Below, in pieces: positions 23,231 to 35,145 of a stretch of 64,000 nucleotides of DNA. Under the pieces are notes generated by a model. It did no database searches. It saw nothing but the letters and a program-made list of their open reading frames with translations, and was not told where the DNA came from. Positions within the stretch are counted from its first letter, which is position 1; each line of letters begins with the position of its first letter. The stretch lies in NCBI GenBank assembly GCA_013239625.1, contig MU053085.1:1-64000 (forward strand), read 5' to 3'. The stretch comes from Lama guanicoe. Its lineage: Eukaryota. A program made the position numbers and the translations under genes.

Positions 23231-26200
23231 CGTCATTTGTTCATGTTCCAAATTAATTTGTTCTTTATATGCATCCATCTTAATCCCAGGAACAAATAAG
23301 TGGTTTTAATTTTGCCTAAGCCATGCCATTCACACACACACCACACACACACTTGCATTAAGCATGACCTCTGGCAGAATAATTTCTTTTTATCTTAGAA
23401 AACAGATTTGATATGGAACAGATTATATTTTCAGGGTAATTAAGGAATACAAATGTCTGAGTCGTTAACACAATGTCAAGTCGTGTAAGGAGGTCTAGCC
23501 CCAATGTAGGACCCTCGAAATTCGGTTTGTTATGAAACAGATGATGGAGGAGACAAATTCCGCTTCACCATCACAGGACCTGCCTCCACGACGTGTGCGC
23601 GCACACGAGAGACAAAGGGAAACTCCCCGAATCCTTTCCAAAGCATCCTGTGGCCTCCCAGACGTGAAAGTTCACCAGGCGCTCCCCGTCTGGGGTGCCG
23701 GCCCCTGACCACGAGAGGGAAAATCTAGGTCAGATTCCAGTTGCTAGGGCTGGTCCCATGGTCCATGCTGGTCTCACTGGCCGCCCTGCTGGCCACGCCA
23801 ACCCCAGTCCCAGCCACTCGAGTGCCCCCTGCACCCCACGCTCCTACATGCATCCCTATGTTCAGCTGCCCCGCCCACACTGCATCCCTCCCAGGCACAG
23901 GGCCTGCCTGTGGCTCTTGCCCATCAGGTCACACAGAATCAAGGGTGCCCTCCCACCACTGAGGGACTGGGCGGTGGTGGACAACTGTCTGTCAGTGCTC
24001 CCTGGGGCCAGCTACCCCTGCCTTGGACGGGATTCACTCGAGCTCCTGAGTCCATCCTGGGAAAACTCACAACACTATTCCCCCCACCGCCCACTTTGCC
24101 AACCACTGGGCACCTGGCCTGGATATTTNNNNNNNNNNNNNNNNNNNNNNNNNNNNNNNNNNNNNNNNNNNNNNNNNNNNNNNNNNNNNNNNNNNNNNNN
24201 NNNNNNNNNNNNNNNNNNNNNNNNNNNNNNNNNNNNNNNNNNNNNNNNNNNNNNNNNNNNNNNNNNNNNNNNNNNNNNNNNNNNNNNNNNNNNNNNNNNN
24301 NNNNNNNNNNNNNNNNNNNNNNNNNNNNNNNNNNNNNNNNNNNNNNNNNNNNNNNNNNNNNNNNNNNNNNNNNNNNNNNNNNNNNNNNNNNNNNNNNNNN
24401 NNNNNNNNNNNNNNNNNNNNNNNNNNNNNNNNNNNNNNNNNNNNNNNNNNNNNNNNNNNNNNNNNNNNNNNNNNNNNNNNNNNNNNNNNNNNNNNNNNNN
24501 NNNNNNNNNNNNNNNNNNNNNNNNNNNNNNNNNNNNNNNNNNNNNNNNNNNNNNNNNNNNNNNNNNNNNNNNNNNNNNNNNNNNNNNNNNNNNNNNNNNN
24601 NNNNNNNATAAGTCAGTGGGAGTTAGTCACACATAACTAATGGGGCTGCATACTGAGAATGACAAGTGTACCAGCAGATCTGTGACCCCTCCCAAGAGAG
24701 CTACTCAATACAGGGCACAGTGTGACCTGACCTTNNNNNNNNNNNNNNNNNNNNNNNNNNNNNNNNNNNNNNNNNNNNNNNNNNNNNNNNNNNNNNNNNN
24801 NNNNNNNNNNNNNNNNNNNNNNNNNNNNNNNNNNNNNNNNNNNNNNNNNNNNNNNNNNNNNNNNNNNNNNNNNNNNNNNNNNNNNNNNNNNNNNNNNNNN
24901 NNNNNNNNNNNNNNNNNNNNNNNNNNNNNNNNNNNNNNNNNNNNNNNNNNNNNNNNNNNNNNNNNNNNNNNNNNNNNNNNNNNNNNNNNNNNNNNNNNNN
25001 NNNNNNNNNNNNNNNNNNNNNNNNNNNNNNNNNNNNNNNNNNNNNNNNNNNNNNNNNNNNNNNNNNNNNNNNNNNNNNNNNNNNNNNNNNNNNNNNNNNN
25101 NNNNNNNNNNNNNNNNNNNNNNNNNNNNNNNNNNNNNNNNNNNNNNNNNNNNNNNNNNNNNNNNNNNNNNNNNNNNNNNNNNNNNNNNNNNNNNNNNNNN
25201 NNNNNNNNNNNNNNNNNNNNNNNNNNNAGGAAAAAATAAAAGAGACTTTCTTCCTCTCTAGCAGATGTTGGAGACAGATGCCCAGGCACAACTGGGACCT
25301 TGGTGGAAGTCAAGGCCACCTCTGTGTCCCAGAGCTGCTGCCCCCTCTCCTCCCAGGGTCAGGATTTATAGGGGAAATCAAGTCATGTCCGTCAGGGAAT
25401 GCCCTGGGTGTGGCCGTCATTTGTTCATGTTCCAAATTAATTTGTTCTTTATATGCATCCATCTTAATCCCAGGAACAAATAAGTGGTTTTAATTTTGCC
25501 TAAGCCATGCCATTCACACACACACCACACACACACTTGCATTAAGCATGACCTCTGGCAGAATAATTTCTTTTTATCTTAGAAAACAGATTTGATATGG
25601 AACAGATTATATTTTCAGGGTAATTAAGGAATACAAATGTTTGAGTCGTTAACACAATGTCAAGTCGTGTAAGGAGGTCTAGCCCCAATGTAGGACCCTC
25701 GAAATTCGGTTTGTTATGAAACAGATGATGGAGGAGACAAATTCCGCTTCACCATCACAGGACCTGCCTCCACGACGTGTGCGCGCACACGAGAGACAAA
25801 GGGAAACTCCCCGAATCCTTTCCAAAGCATCCTGTGGCCTCCCAGACGTGAAAGTTCACCAGGCGCTCCCCGTCTGGGGTGCCGGCCCCTGACCACGAGA
25901 GGGAAAATCTAGGTCAGATTCCAGTTGCTAGGGCTGGTCCCATGGTCCATGCTGGTCTCACTGGCCGCCCTGCTGGCCACGCCAACCCCAGTCCCAGCCA
26001 CTCGAGTGCCCCCTGCACCCCACGCTCCTACATGCATCCCTATGTTCAGCTGCCCCGCCCACACTGCATCCCTCCCAGGCACAGGGCCTGCCTGTGGCTC
26101 TTGCCCATCAGGTCACACAGAATCAAGGGTGCCCTCCCACCACTGAGGGACTGGGCGGTGGTGGACAACTGTCTGTCAGCGCTCCCTGGGGCCAGCTACC

Positions 26201-27030
26201 CCTGCCTTGGACGGGACGCCCTCGAGCTCCTGAGTCCATCCCGGGAAAAGTCACAACACTATTCCCCCCACCGCCCACTTTGCCAACCACTGGGCACCTG
26301 GCCTGGACTTTTCTTGCCACATATGTCGCTGGACGATGCGTACTGTGGAATCGGAGCCCTTCAAATCTCTTTGCCGTACCCCAAAGTCAACTTGGAGGCC
26401 TGACCCATCATGACCGGCCTCCTGACACCCAGGTGGGGGTTCCCGTCCTGCCTGCTGACCTCTGGGCCTGGCGACACAGCTCCCAGCAGACCTTGAACCT
26501 CCTGATTTAGACCCACCCACAGCCTCACAGCCTAAGGACTTCTGAAGCCAGATGAAACCCAACGCGCCGTATGGAGAAACGTCACGTCTTTCGTCATCCA
26601 CTGCAGTACCTGGAGTATTACATGAAAATGAGAGGCTGCTAGTGCAAATTCGACTTTCAAAGCAAACCGCAGCTGGGGAGGCGGGATGTTAAATTTGACT
26701 TTCAAAGCAAACTGCAGCTGGGGAGGCAGGATGGTCAGGCCCAGGGACACTGCCGAGGCCGCCAACTGTCAGCTGGCCACAGCTCACCCCTCATTTATTT
26801 CACCAAACCAAAATATTTTGAAACTCATGGTCTCTACGGAGTTTGGATTTTTGGTTTTTGCTTTGTTGCTCTTTTGTTCATTGAAGCCATTACAAAACCA
26901 AGGATAAGTCAGTTTCTGGGGAGTTAGTTACACATAACTAATGGGGCTGCATACTGAGAATGACAAGTGTACCAGCAGATCTGTGACCCCTCCCAAGAGA
27001 GCTACTCAATACAGGGCACAGTGTGACCTT
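23044..27030. repeat. Near-identical gap-flanked duplication (23044-24734 vs 25228-27030)
   Basis: Both copies start with aggaaaaaataaaagagac immediately after an N-gap, offset 2184. They are almost identical except near the 3' ends. Confidence 0.9.
26646..26735. repeat. 45-bp tandem duplication
   Basis: aaatt(c/t)gactttcaaagcaaac(c/t)gcagctggggaggc(g/a)ggatg at 26646 and 26691. Confidence 0.85.
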
Positions 27031-28558
27031 GCATTTCCTGCGCGGGCGACACACACGGAGGCAGCGGTTTCCTTACAAGTCATGTGTGCGGGTCAGGGGC
27101 AGGGCTGGCCACGCGGGGAGTCCAGCAGGATCCCAACTCAGGCGATCACAGAACACACCATGCAGAGGGGTGGGCGCACCCTGGAACCTAGATGGTTCAC
27201 CCCCTGCCAGGGGGTGAACCTGGACATGGTGACAGGCAAACCCAGCCCTTCCTTCTCGAGAGAGAGGTGAAAGCAGGAATCTAAGCACTCTATCCAGCTC
27301 GCTCCTGGGACGATGGTGCAGGATTTCTATCAGCTGCAGACAGAGCATCGCGTCTCTGAAGGCTGGCTGGATCCTGCCTGAGCCCAGAGCCCACCCATCA
27401 GCCAGGGTTTGGGGGTGTCAGCCCCCATGGTGCCCTGCAATCTGGGGAAACTTGTACACATGGCTTGTCTCTGAATCACCAATCTGCTTTGGACCAGACC
27501 TGTCTCTACAGTTTAGAATTAGTTATTGCTTCAAGTGACAGAAGATATTGGAAGCCCTGGTGGCTTTGGAGTCAGATAAACATGGCAGGCTCAGGGTGGC
27601 TGGGTTTGGGGGTCCACCCTGAAGACACAGACCCTGGAGTGGACTGGCCCAGGGTCAGGGTACATGGAAGCATTTGGAAGTTCGAGGCTGTCCTCTACTG
27701 AGGCTGGGGCACAGGAGGCATGCAAGGGTCTCAAGGGGACACACGGAAGGGGTCGTTCCAAAGGGCAGCAGACTCGCCAAGCAGGGTGTGATGCATTGGG
27801 AACCTCACACACCGGCTACGGCGGGCTGTCCACACAGGCGGTCATGCCTGTCTTCATTTTGGTCAGAAGGAAACAGGCAGCACCTGCAAGGGGTGCACTA
27901 TTTACAGAGCATCCTAAATAACTTAGAGAGACTCCTATTAAGAAGGCGCTAACATTTGGACACGAGTATTGTACAAGGTTAAAAATAACTAAGGCAGTAT
28001 CATACAGTGTAATCACAAATAAAAAGGAAGTTGTTGACGAAACCCCAAGGAACGTTATGGCCGAACGGGGCCCCTGTGCCCGCAGGAAGCAGGTAGGGTT
28101 AGGAACTGCTGATGATGGAGGAGGTGCTGCTCACAAAGGGGAACATCACTGTCTCAGCACAGCCGAGGCCCTGATGGCTTCCCACGGCAGCAGTGACAGC
28201 TGGCCACATGTTCCATGGCTTTGCCAACACTCGTAGGGGGTCCCACGGCTCTGCGGACCTGAGGTCCCGACACGGCCAGACTGGACTCTCGCCCAGAGGC
28301 CCAGGGTCCATCTCACTCAGGTCGACGTGAATTCAGCGCCCATGGGAGTGGGTTGTGGGAGTGCCGATCACTTCCTCACAGGCTGACGGCTGGGGCGTCC
28401 TAACATTAGACTGGCTGTGGCCTCTGAGCTTTAAACAGCAGCCTCATGATTTGAATCTTACTGACCACCCCGCCTGCCTCGTCCACTTCTAAGGGGCCAC
28501 ATGGTCACACTGAGCCGACCCACATGGCCCAGGATCCCCTCCCCAGCTTGTGGCCTGA

Positions 28559-28933
28559 GCTAATGCTCCTCCTGAAGATCCTGCAGCTCCTGCCGCTCCC
28601 GCAGCTCCTGCTGCTCCTGACGGTCCCGCAGCTCCTGCTGGTCCTGAAGGTCCCGCAGCTCCCACTGCTTCCGAATGTCCTGAAGATGCTGCAACTGCAG
28701 CTGGACCACTGGGTTACGGAGAAACATTTCCGGCATCACCAGCCCGTGGGGCTGAGACCCCTCTGCGCCCACCCACACCTTCTTCTTCAAAATCCCACCA
28801 TGAATCCCCTCCCGCACCCAACCTTGACTTCCATTCCCCTGAAGTGATTTGTGTTTGGTTTTTCTTCACTTGCCTCTGTTTTTTTCATATTGGTTATGGC
28901 ATCCTTTCTTTTGCCTTTTTAACTTTCTTTTAA
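28559..28933 (+). pseudogene. 3' part of terminal exon, copy 3 (open through the hydrophobic tail; 5' exons absent)
   Basis: Reads ANAPPEDPAAPAAPAAPAAPDGPAAPAGPEGPAAPTASECPEDAATAAGPLGYGETFPASPARGAETPLRPPTPSSSKSHHESPPAPNLDFHSPEVICVWFFFTCLCFFHIGYGILSFAFLTFF*. TAA 28931-28933 overlaps AATAAA 28932-28937. An in-frame TGA at 28556-28558 marks the junction. Confidence 0.7.
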
Positions 28934-29825
28934 TAAAATACAGACTTTGTCCCTCTGAAATTATGCAATTCAGGAGCACTAGGTGCCTTCACGATGCCGT
29001 GCGACAATCACTACCATGCAGGCTCACACCATTCCTTTCTTCAAAGTAAAACCCTGGATCCAGAGCATGCACTACCCCCCTCCCCCACCCCACCACCGAG
29101 CCCCTGACAGCCCCGAGTCCTCTTCCCCTCTGGGTGTCTTTACCTCTCCTGGCTGTTCCCTGTCAATGAAGCCACAGGAAAGGTGGCTTTGCGTGCCTGC
29201 CCACATGGCTCTAGCGGGGGCTGGTGATGTTTTGTTTTGTTTTCACTTGAAATACCATTTTGAATATTTGAAAGGGAAATCCAGGTGGGCTAAAGATGTC
29301 ATGTACACAATTAAGCCCTTTCGGTAACTCTGTGCATAACCTCGGGTGAGGCACTGCACTTCGCCCTGAGACACCACAGTCACAAGACAGAAGGGAGATG
29401 CTTAGCACTTCCTGGGGCAAAAACAAAACCAAGCAAATCAAGAAACCAGCAAAAGCCCAGAAATATAGCCGGAAAGACATTCCACAACCCGCAAGAAGTG
29501 TTCCTCAGAACCCAAGTTTGGAGAAAGGCTATACATCCACGGGGTCTAAAAACCTCTCGAAACCCAGTGCTCTAAACAAACACAACACACACAGGCAGTT
29601 CCAACTAGAGGCACAGCAGGTGGCCAGTGTGTGTTAGACGTGCTCGACCTCTCGGGGGAGGACACAGGCGGACGGACACACTGTGGAGACAGCACTAGAA
29701 ACCATGACACTGGCAGGTCTTTAGCCTAGTGAGAGCCAGCCCTGGTGACAACGTGACGAGGCAGAGGCCCCAGCCAATCCATTGGAGGGACGAGAGAACA
29801 GACATTCCTCTCCAAGGAAACAGTG
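28559..29825. repeat. Partial third copy of the duplication unit
   Basis: Matches 15047-16320, and 6033-7100 from ~28748 onward. It ends at ggaaacagtg, where the macrosatellite begins. Confidence 0.9.
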
Positions 29826-31245
29826 CCGCCACCGCCCCGCCCCCTCCCCGCCCCCTGACCAACCCGCATCCGCCTCCCTGGAGCAGGCCAACACAGAGAG
29901 CTGAACCTCTTGTACCTAGGGAACCAGAGACCGACACCAGGACCGGCCAAGGAGGAGATGGGAGCAAATATATGGGCTGGGAGGGGCAGACCTGCACCCT
30001 CACTGCAGCCTCTGACCGCAGAACGCCCACTTCCGGGGAGCAGGTGGACCTGGAAACATGCATGCTGTGAACCTGGGGCAGGAGATGCCGCCCCCAGGCC
30101 AGGCCCCTGTAGAGATGGGAGCAAACTGATCGGTTCAGCCTGGTCAGTCCACTGCCTGCTTACGTAACTGTTCCCTGAAATCACCGGAACATCATCCCAG
30201 ACATGGCTGACAAGGAGACTTAAATCCCGGAAACCTGGGTTGTAGATGCTGCCCAGAGCCCAGGAGAAGGGGAGATGGGAGCAAAATGACCAAGTCGTCG
30301 AGGCATTCCTTTGAGCTGCTGTGCTGCCCCTCCTCTGCCCCCAACCTCTTCCCTGGCCCTCACCAAGCCTTCGCCTGGGGGCAGGCGGGCTTCAAATGCT
30401 TGAGTCCTGCGAATCTGGGGAAGCGGAGGCCGCCTCCTGGAAAAGCAGCTGCGGACAAGGGAGCAAATCCTCTTGCTGGCCAGTGGCATCCTCGTTCCCC
30501 GTCGCCGCCGCCGACCCCAACTCAGACCGCAATCAGCCCCTAGTGATTCTGTGTGTCTGACTTCCAGCCTGACTGCCTATCCATTGGAGGATGGGAAGGG
30601 CTAGTCTACGAGTGTGTCTGTCTGTTTATGAAACGAAGGGGAAGACGACTAGCATGTCTATCTCCTTGCCTTCATATCTATCTATGTATCTCTCTATTTA
30701 TCTATCTATCTATCTATCTATCTATCGATCTATCGATCTATCTATCTATCAAGGTGAGGTATAGGAGTAGGCTAGTGTGTCTTTTATTTTTTTGTCTGTT
30801 GAAGGAGGAGGTTAGTGTGTCTATCTACCTATCTACCTATTTGAGCAAGCGGATGGGGGCAGTATGTGCGTGTGCGTGTTTGCATGCTGGTCTGTCAATC
30901 TATGTATCTGTAAGTAAAGCGGGAGGAGGCTACTGTGTCTATCAGTCGATATATGCATCTAATGGAGGAGGAGAAGGATAGTATGTCTGTGTGTGTGTCT
31001 GTCTATGTATAAGCTATCCATGTATGAACTTATATCTAATCGAGAAGAAGGAGGAGGCCCGTGTGTCTGTCTATCAGTGTGTCAATCTAGCAAGTGTAAG
31101 TAGAGGCTTGTGTGTGTATCCATCAATCTCACTATGTATCTAATGGAGGAAGATAAAATTCTATTAAGATTGTGTAAGTATTATCTAATGGAGGAGGAGA
31201 TTAGTGTGTCTATGAACCTGCGTAATTTATGAACAGGTGGAGGTT

Positions 31246-31276
<31 letters not shown>

Positions 31277-32991
31277 CTGACTAGGTATGTATCTGTCTAC
31301 CTATCTAATGGATGAAGAGCAAGAGGTTAGGATATATGGCTGTTTCTAAGTGGAGGAAGAGGCTAGTCTGTCTGACTGTCTGTTTATTTGTATGTGTGTC
31401 TGTCTGTCTGTCTGTCTGTCTAACAGGGGAACCCTCCCAGGACTCGAGCGACCTGGAGGGATGCCAATTGCCACCCTGAGGAAGCAGAGGGCGCCCCAGA
31501 GCAGGCTGAGGGGGCCACAGGGTGGAAATTCACAGGCTTGCCTGGCCACCACGAGCGCCCATCTTCTGACTTCCCTGTAGCCGCCACCATCCCGCCCACT
31601 CCCTGCCCCCTGACCACACCGCATCCGACTCCCTGTAGCAGGCCAACACAGAGAGCTGAACCTCTTGTACCTAGGGTACCAGAGACCGACCCCAGGACCG
31701 GCCATGGAGGAGATGGGAGCAAATACACGGGCTGGGTGGGGCAGCCCCGCCTCCTCACTGCAGCCTCTGACCGCAGAACGCCCACCTCCGGGTGGCAGGT
31801 GGACCTGGAAACGTGCCTGCTGTTAACCTGGTGCAGGGGATGCCGCCCCCAGGCCAGGCCCCTGTAGATATGGGAGCAAACTGATTGGCTCATCCTTGTC
31901 AGTCCACTGCCCGCTTACGTAACTGTCCCCTGAACTCACCTCACCATCATCCCATGGCCTGGATGACAAGGACACTAAACTCCCACAAACGTGGCGAGTA
32001 GATGCTGCCCAGAGCCTAGGAGAAGGGGAGATGGGAGGAAAATGACCAAATCGCCGAGGAATGCCCCTTAGCTGCTGTGCTGCCCCTCCTCTGCCCCCAA
32101 CATCCTCCCTGGCCCACACCACGCCTTCGCCCGAGGGCAGGCCGACTTCAAAGGCTTGAGTCCCTCGAATCTGGGGGAGCTGAGGCCGCCCCCAGGCAAG
32201 GCAGCTAGGGACAAGGGAGCAAATCCTCTGGCTCTCCAGGGACATCCTAGTTCCCTGTTGCTGCTGCCGACCCCAACCTGGACCGCACCCCACCCCAGTG
32301 AGTCTGTGTCTTACTTGCATCCTGACTGCCTATCTATTGGAGGATGGGAGAGGCTAGTCTATGAGTGTGTCTGTCTGTTTATCTAACAGAGGAGAAGATG
32401 ATTAGCATGTCTATCTCCTTGCCTTCATATCTAGCTATGTATCTCCCTATCTATCTATCTCCCTATCTATCTATCTATCTATCTAGGTGAGGCATCGGAG
32501 TAGGACAGTGCGTCTTTTATATTTTTGTGTTTTGAAGGAGGAGGTTAGTGTGTCGGTCTACCCATCTACCTGTTTTAGCAAGCAGGGGAGGGCAGTGTAT
32601 GTGCGTGTGCGTGTTTGCGTGCGGGTCTGTCAATCTTTGTATCTGTAAGTTAAGGGGGAGGAAGCTACTATGTTTATCAGTCGATATATGCATCTAATGG
32701 AGGAGTAGAGGGCTAGTATGTGTGTGTGTGTGTGTCTGTCTATATATAAGATATCCATGTATGAACTTATACCTAATTGAGATGAAGGAGGAGGCCCATG
32801 TGTCTGGCTATCAGTGTGTCAATCTAGCAAGTGTAGGTAGAGGCTTGTGTGTGTATCCATCAACCTCACTGACTATGTATCTAATGGAGGAAGATAAAAA
32901 GTCTATTAAGTTTGTCTAAGTATTATCTAATGGAGGAGGAGATTAGTGTGTCTATGTACCTGCATAATTTATGACCAGGCGGAGGCTAGAT

Positions 32992-33022
<31 letters not shown>

Positions 33023-34900
33023 CTGTGTGTGTGTCTGACTAGGTATGTATCTGTCTACCTATCTAATGGATGAAGAGCAGGAGGTTAGGATATATGGGTG
33101 TTTCTAAATGGAGGAAGAGTCTAGTCTGTCTGTCTGTCTATTTATTTGTCTGTCTGTCTGTCTTTCTGTCTAACGGAAGAAACCTCCCAAGACTCAACCG
33201 ACCTGGAGGGATGCCAATTGCCACCCTGAGGCATCAGAGGTCGCCCCCAGAGCATGCTGTTGGGGCACTGGGTGGAAATCCACAAGCTTGCCTTGGCAGC
33301 CGGCGCCCCCTGCATCCGCCCCCTGAACACCCGGCGCCCGCCTTCCGGGAGCAGGACTACCCGGAGATGTGCACCTCCTGTACCGAGCATAGCAGAGACT
33401 GACCGCAGGACCGACCAAGGGGGAGATGGGAGCAAATACACGGGCTCTGTGGGGCAGCCTCGCCTCCTCACCACAGCCCTTGACGGCACCACGCCCGCCT
33501 CCTGGGCCAGGCTGACATGCGAACAAGCATGCTGTGAACCTGGGGCAGGAGAGGCCGCCCCCAGGCCAGGCCTTTGTGGAGATGGGTGCAAACTGATCGG
33601 CTCATCTAAGGCAGTCTGCTCCCCACGACGTCCGTTTACCCTGAACTCACCTCGTCAGCCTCCCACGACCCGGCTGACATGGAGAATTAAATCTCGCACA
33701 TCTGGGGTCGTAGATCCTGCCCTGAGGTCAGGAGAGGGGCAGATGGGAGGAAAATGAGCAAGTCGGTGAGGCATCCCCCTTAGCTCCTTTGCCGCCTCTT
33801 GTCTGCCCCCGACCTCCCCACGCCCGCTCCCAGGAACAGGCTGCCTTCAAAGGCTTGAGTCCTGCAAGCTTGATGGAGTGGAGGCCACCACCAGGCAAGG
33901 CAGCTAGGGACATGTGAGAAAATCCTCTGGCTCACCAGGGGCATCCGTATCCCCGGTCGCCGCCTCCGACCCCGACCCAGACCGCACCCCACCTCTAGTA
34001 TGTCTGTCTGTCTGACTGTCTGCCTGCCTCCTTATCTACTGGAGGTGGGGAGAGGCTGCTCTATGTGGGTGTCTGTCTGTTTATCTAACGGAGGAGAAGA
34101 CGAGTAGTATGTGTCTATCTTTCCCCACCGATCTATCTATCTATCTATCTACCTATCTGTCTATTTATCAATGTAGTGGAGGCATAGGAGCCGTCTAGTG
34201 TGTCTTTTTCTCTGTCTGTCTGTCTGTCAGTTGGTAGAGGACATTAGTGTGTCTATCTACCTACCTTCTTAATTGAGGAGTAGGAGGAGGCTAGTGTGTG
34301 TGTGTGTGTGTTGTGTGTGTGTGTCTGTCTATGTATGTAACTGTCTAATGGATGAGGAGGAGTAATTTAGGATATATGTCTGTTTCCAAATGGAGGAAGA
34401 GGGTAGAGTTTCTGTCTATTTATCTGTCTGTCTGTCTGTCCAATGGAGGAATCCTCCCAGGACTCGACCGATCTGGAGGGATGCCAATTGCCACCCTGAG
34501 GCAGCAGAGGGCGCCCCAGAGCACGCTGAGGGGGCCACTGGGTGGAAATTCACAGGCTTGCCTGGCCACCCCGAGCCCCCAGCTTCTGCCTTCCCTGTAG
34601 CTGCCACCGCCCCGCCCCCTCCCCGCCCCCTGACCACCCCGCATCCGTCTCCCGGGAGCAGGTCAACACAGAGAACTGAACCTCTTGTACCTAGGGTACC
34701 AGAGACCGACCCCAGGACCGGCCAAGGAGGAGATGGGAGCAAATACTCGTGCTTGGTGGGGCAGCCCTGCCTCCTCACTGCAGCTTCAGGGGGGAATTCT
34801 GACCTTGAGACTTGCATATTGTGAATCTGGGGCTGGAGAATTCGCTCCCAGGCCAGGCCGTTGTGGAGATGGGAGCAAATTCCCCACCTCACCTGGGCAG
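29826..34900. repeat. Composite macrosatellite, ~3.2 units (periods ~1750, ~1720 and ~1300 bp): GC-rich core plus TCTA/TCTG/TG microsatellite-rich spacer
   Basis: Core starts recur at ~29826, 31580, 33300 and 34601. atgccaattgccaccctgagg occurs at 31461, 33211 and 34481. (TCTA)n at ~30677-30750 and (TG)n at ~31249-31276. Confidence 0.9.
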
Positions 34901-34934
34901 ACCCCTTGCTCCCTGCGCTACTGGCTGTTTTTGA

Positions 34935-35145
34935 TTTTGTACATTATTAATAGTTTCTATGGGTCAAGTATCCAGGCATTGCTTAGAGTCCTGCTTCAGG
35001 GTTTGTCATAAGTTTGTAAGTAAGGCGTCATTTAGGGCTGGGGTCTTGTGTGAGCACTCAACTTGGGACGTATACATCTCCAAGCTGACATCAGTGTTGA
35101 CAGAGTTTAATTCCTCTAGGCCTGTTGGACTGAGGGCCCAAAACA
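34935..35145. mobile_element. MaLR (MLT1-type) LTR fragment
   Basis: agtttctatgggtcaagtatccaggc...cagggtttgtcataag...aaggcgtcatttagggctg...ctgttggactgagggcc resembles the MLT1 consensus. Confidence 0.55.

Noticed and set aside
22505..25319. Long ORFs containing X runs
   Set aside because: Artefacts of N-gaps.
26430..26510. SSQQTLNLLI resembling RALGDS REM-domain TTQQVLDLLF
   Set aside because: Too short, and the flanking residues and splice sites do not support homology.
28524..28847. Leu-rich ORF resembling a signal peptide
   Set aside because: It is a shifted reading of the GCT-CCT Pro/Ala repeats and starts in unrelated junction sequence.
29826..34900. CRISPR-like array, CTCF array or coding repeat
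   Set aside because: Mammalian context with spacers homologous to each other, only weak CTCF matches, and ORFs not conserved between units.
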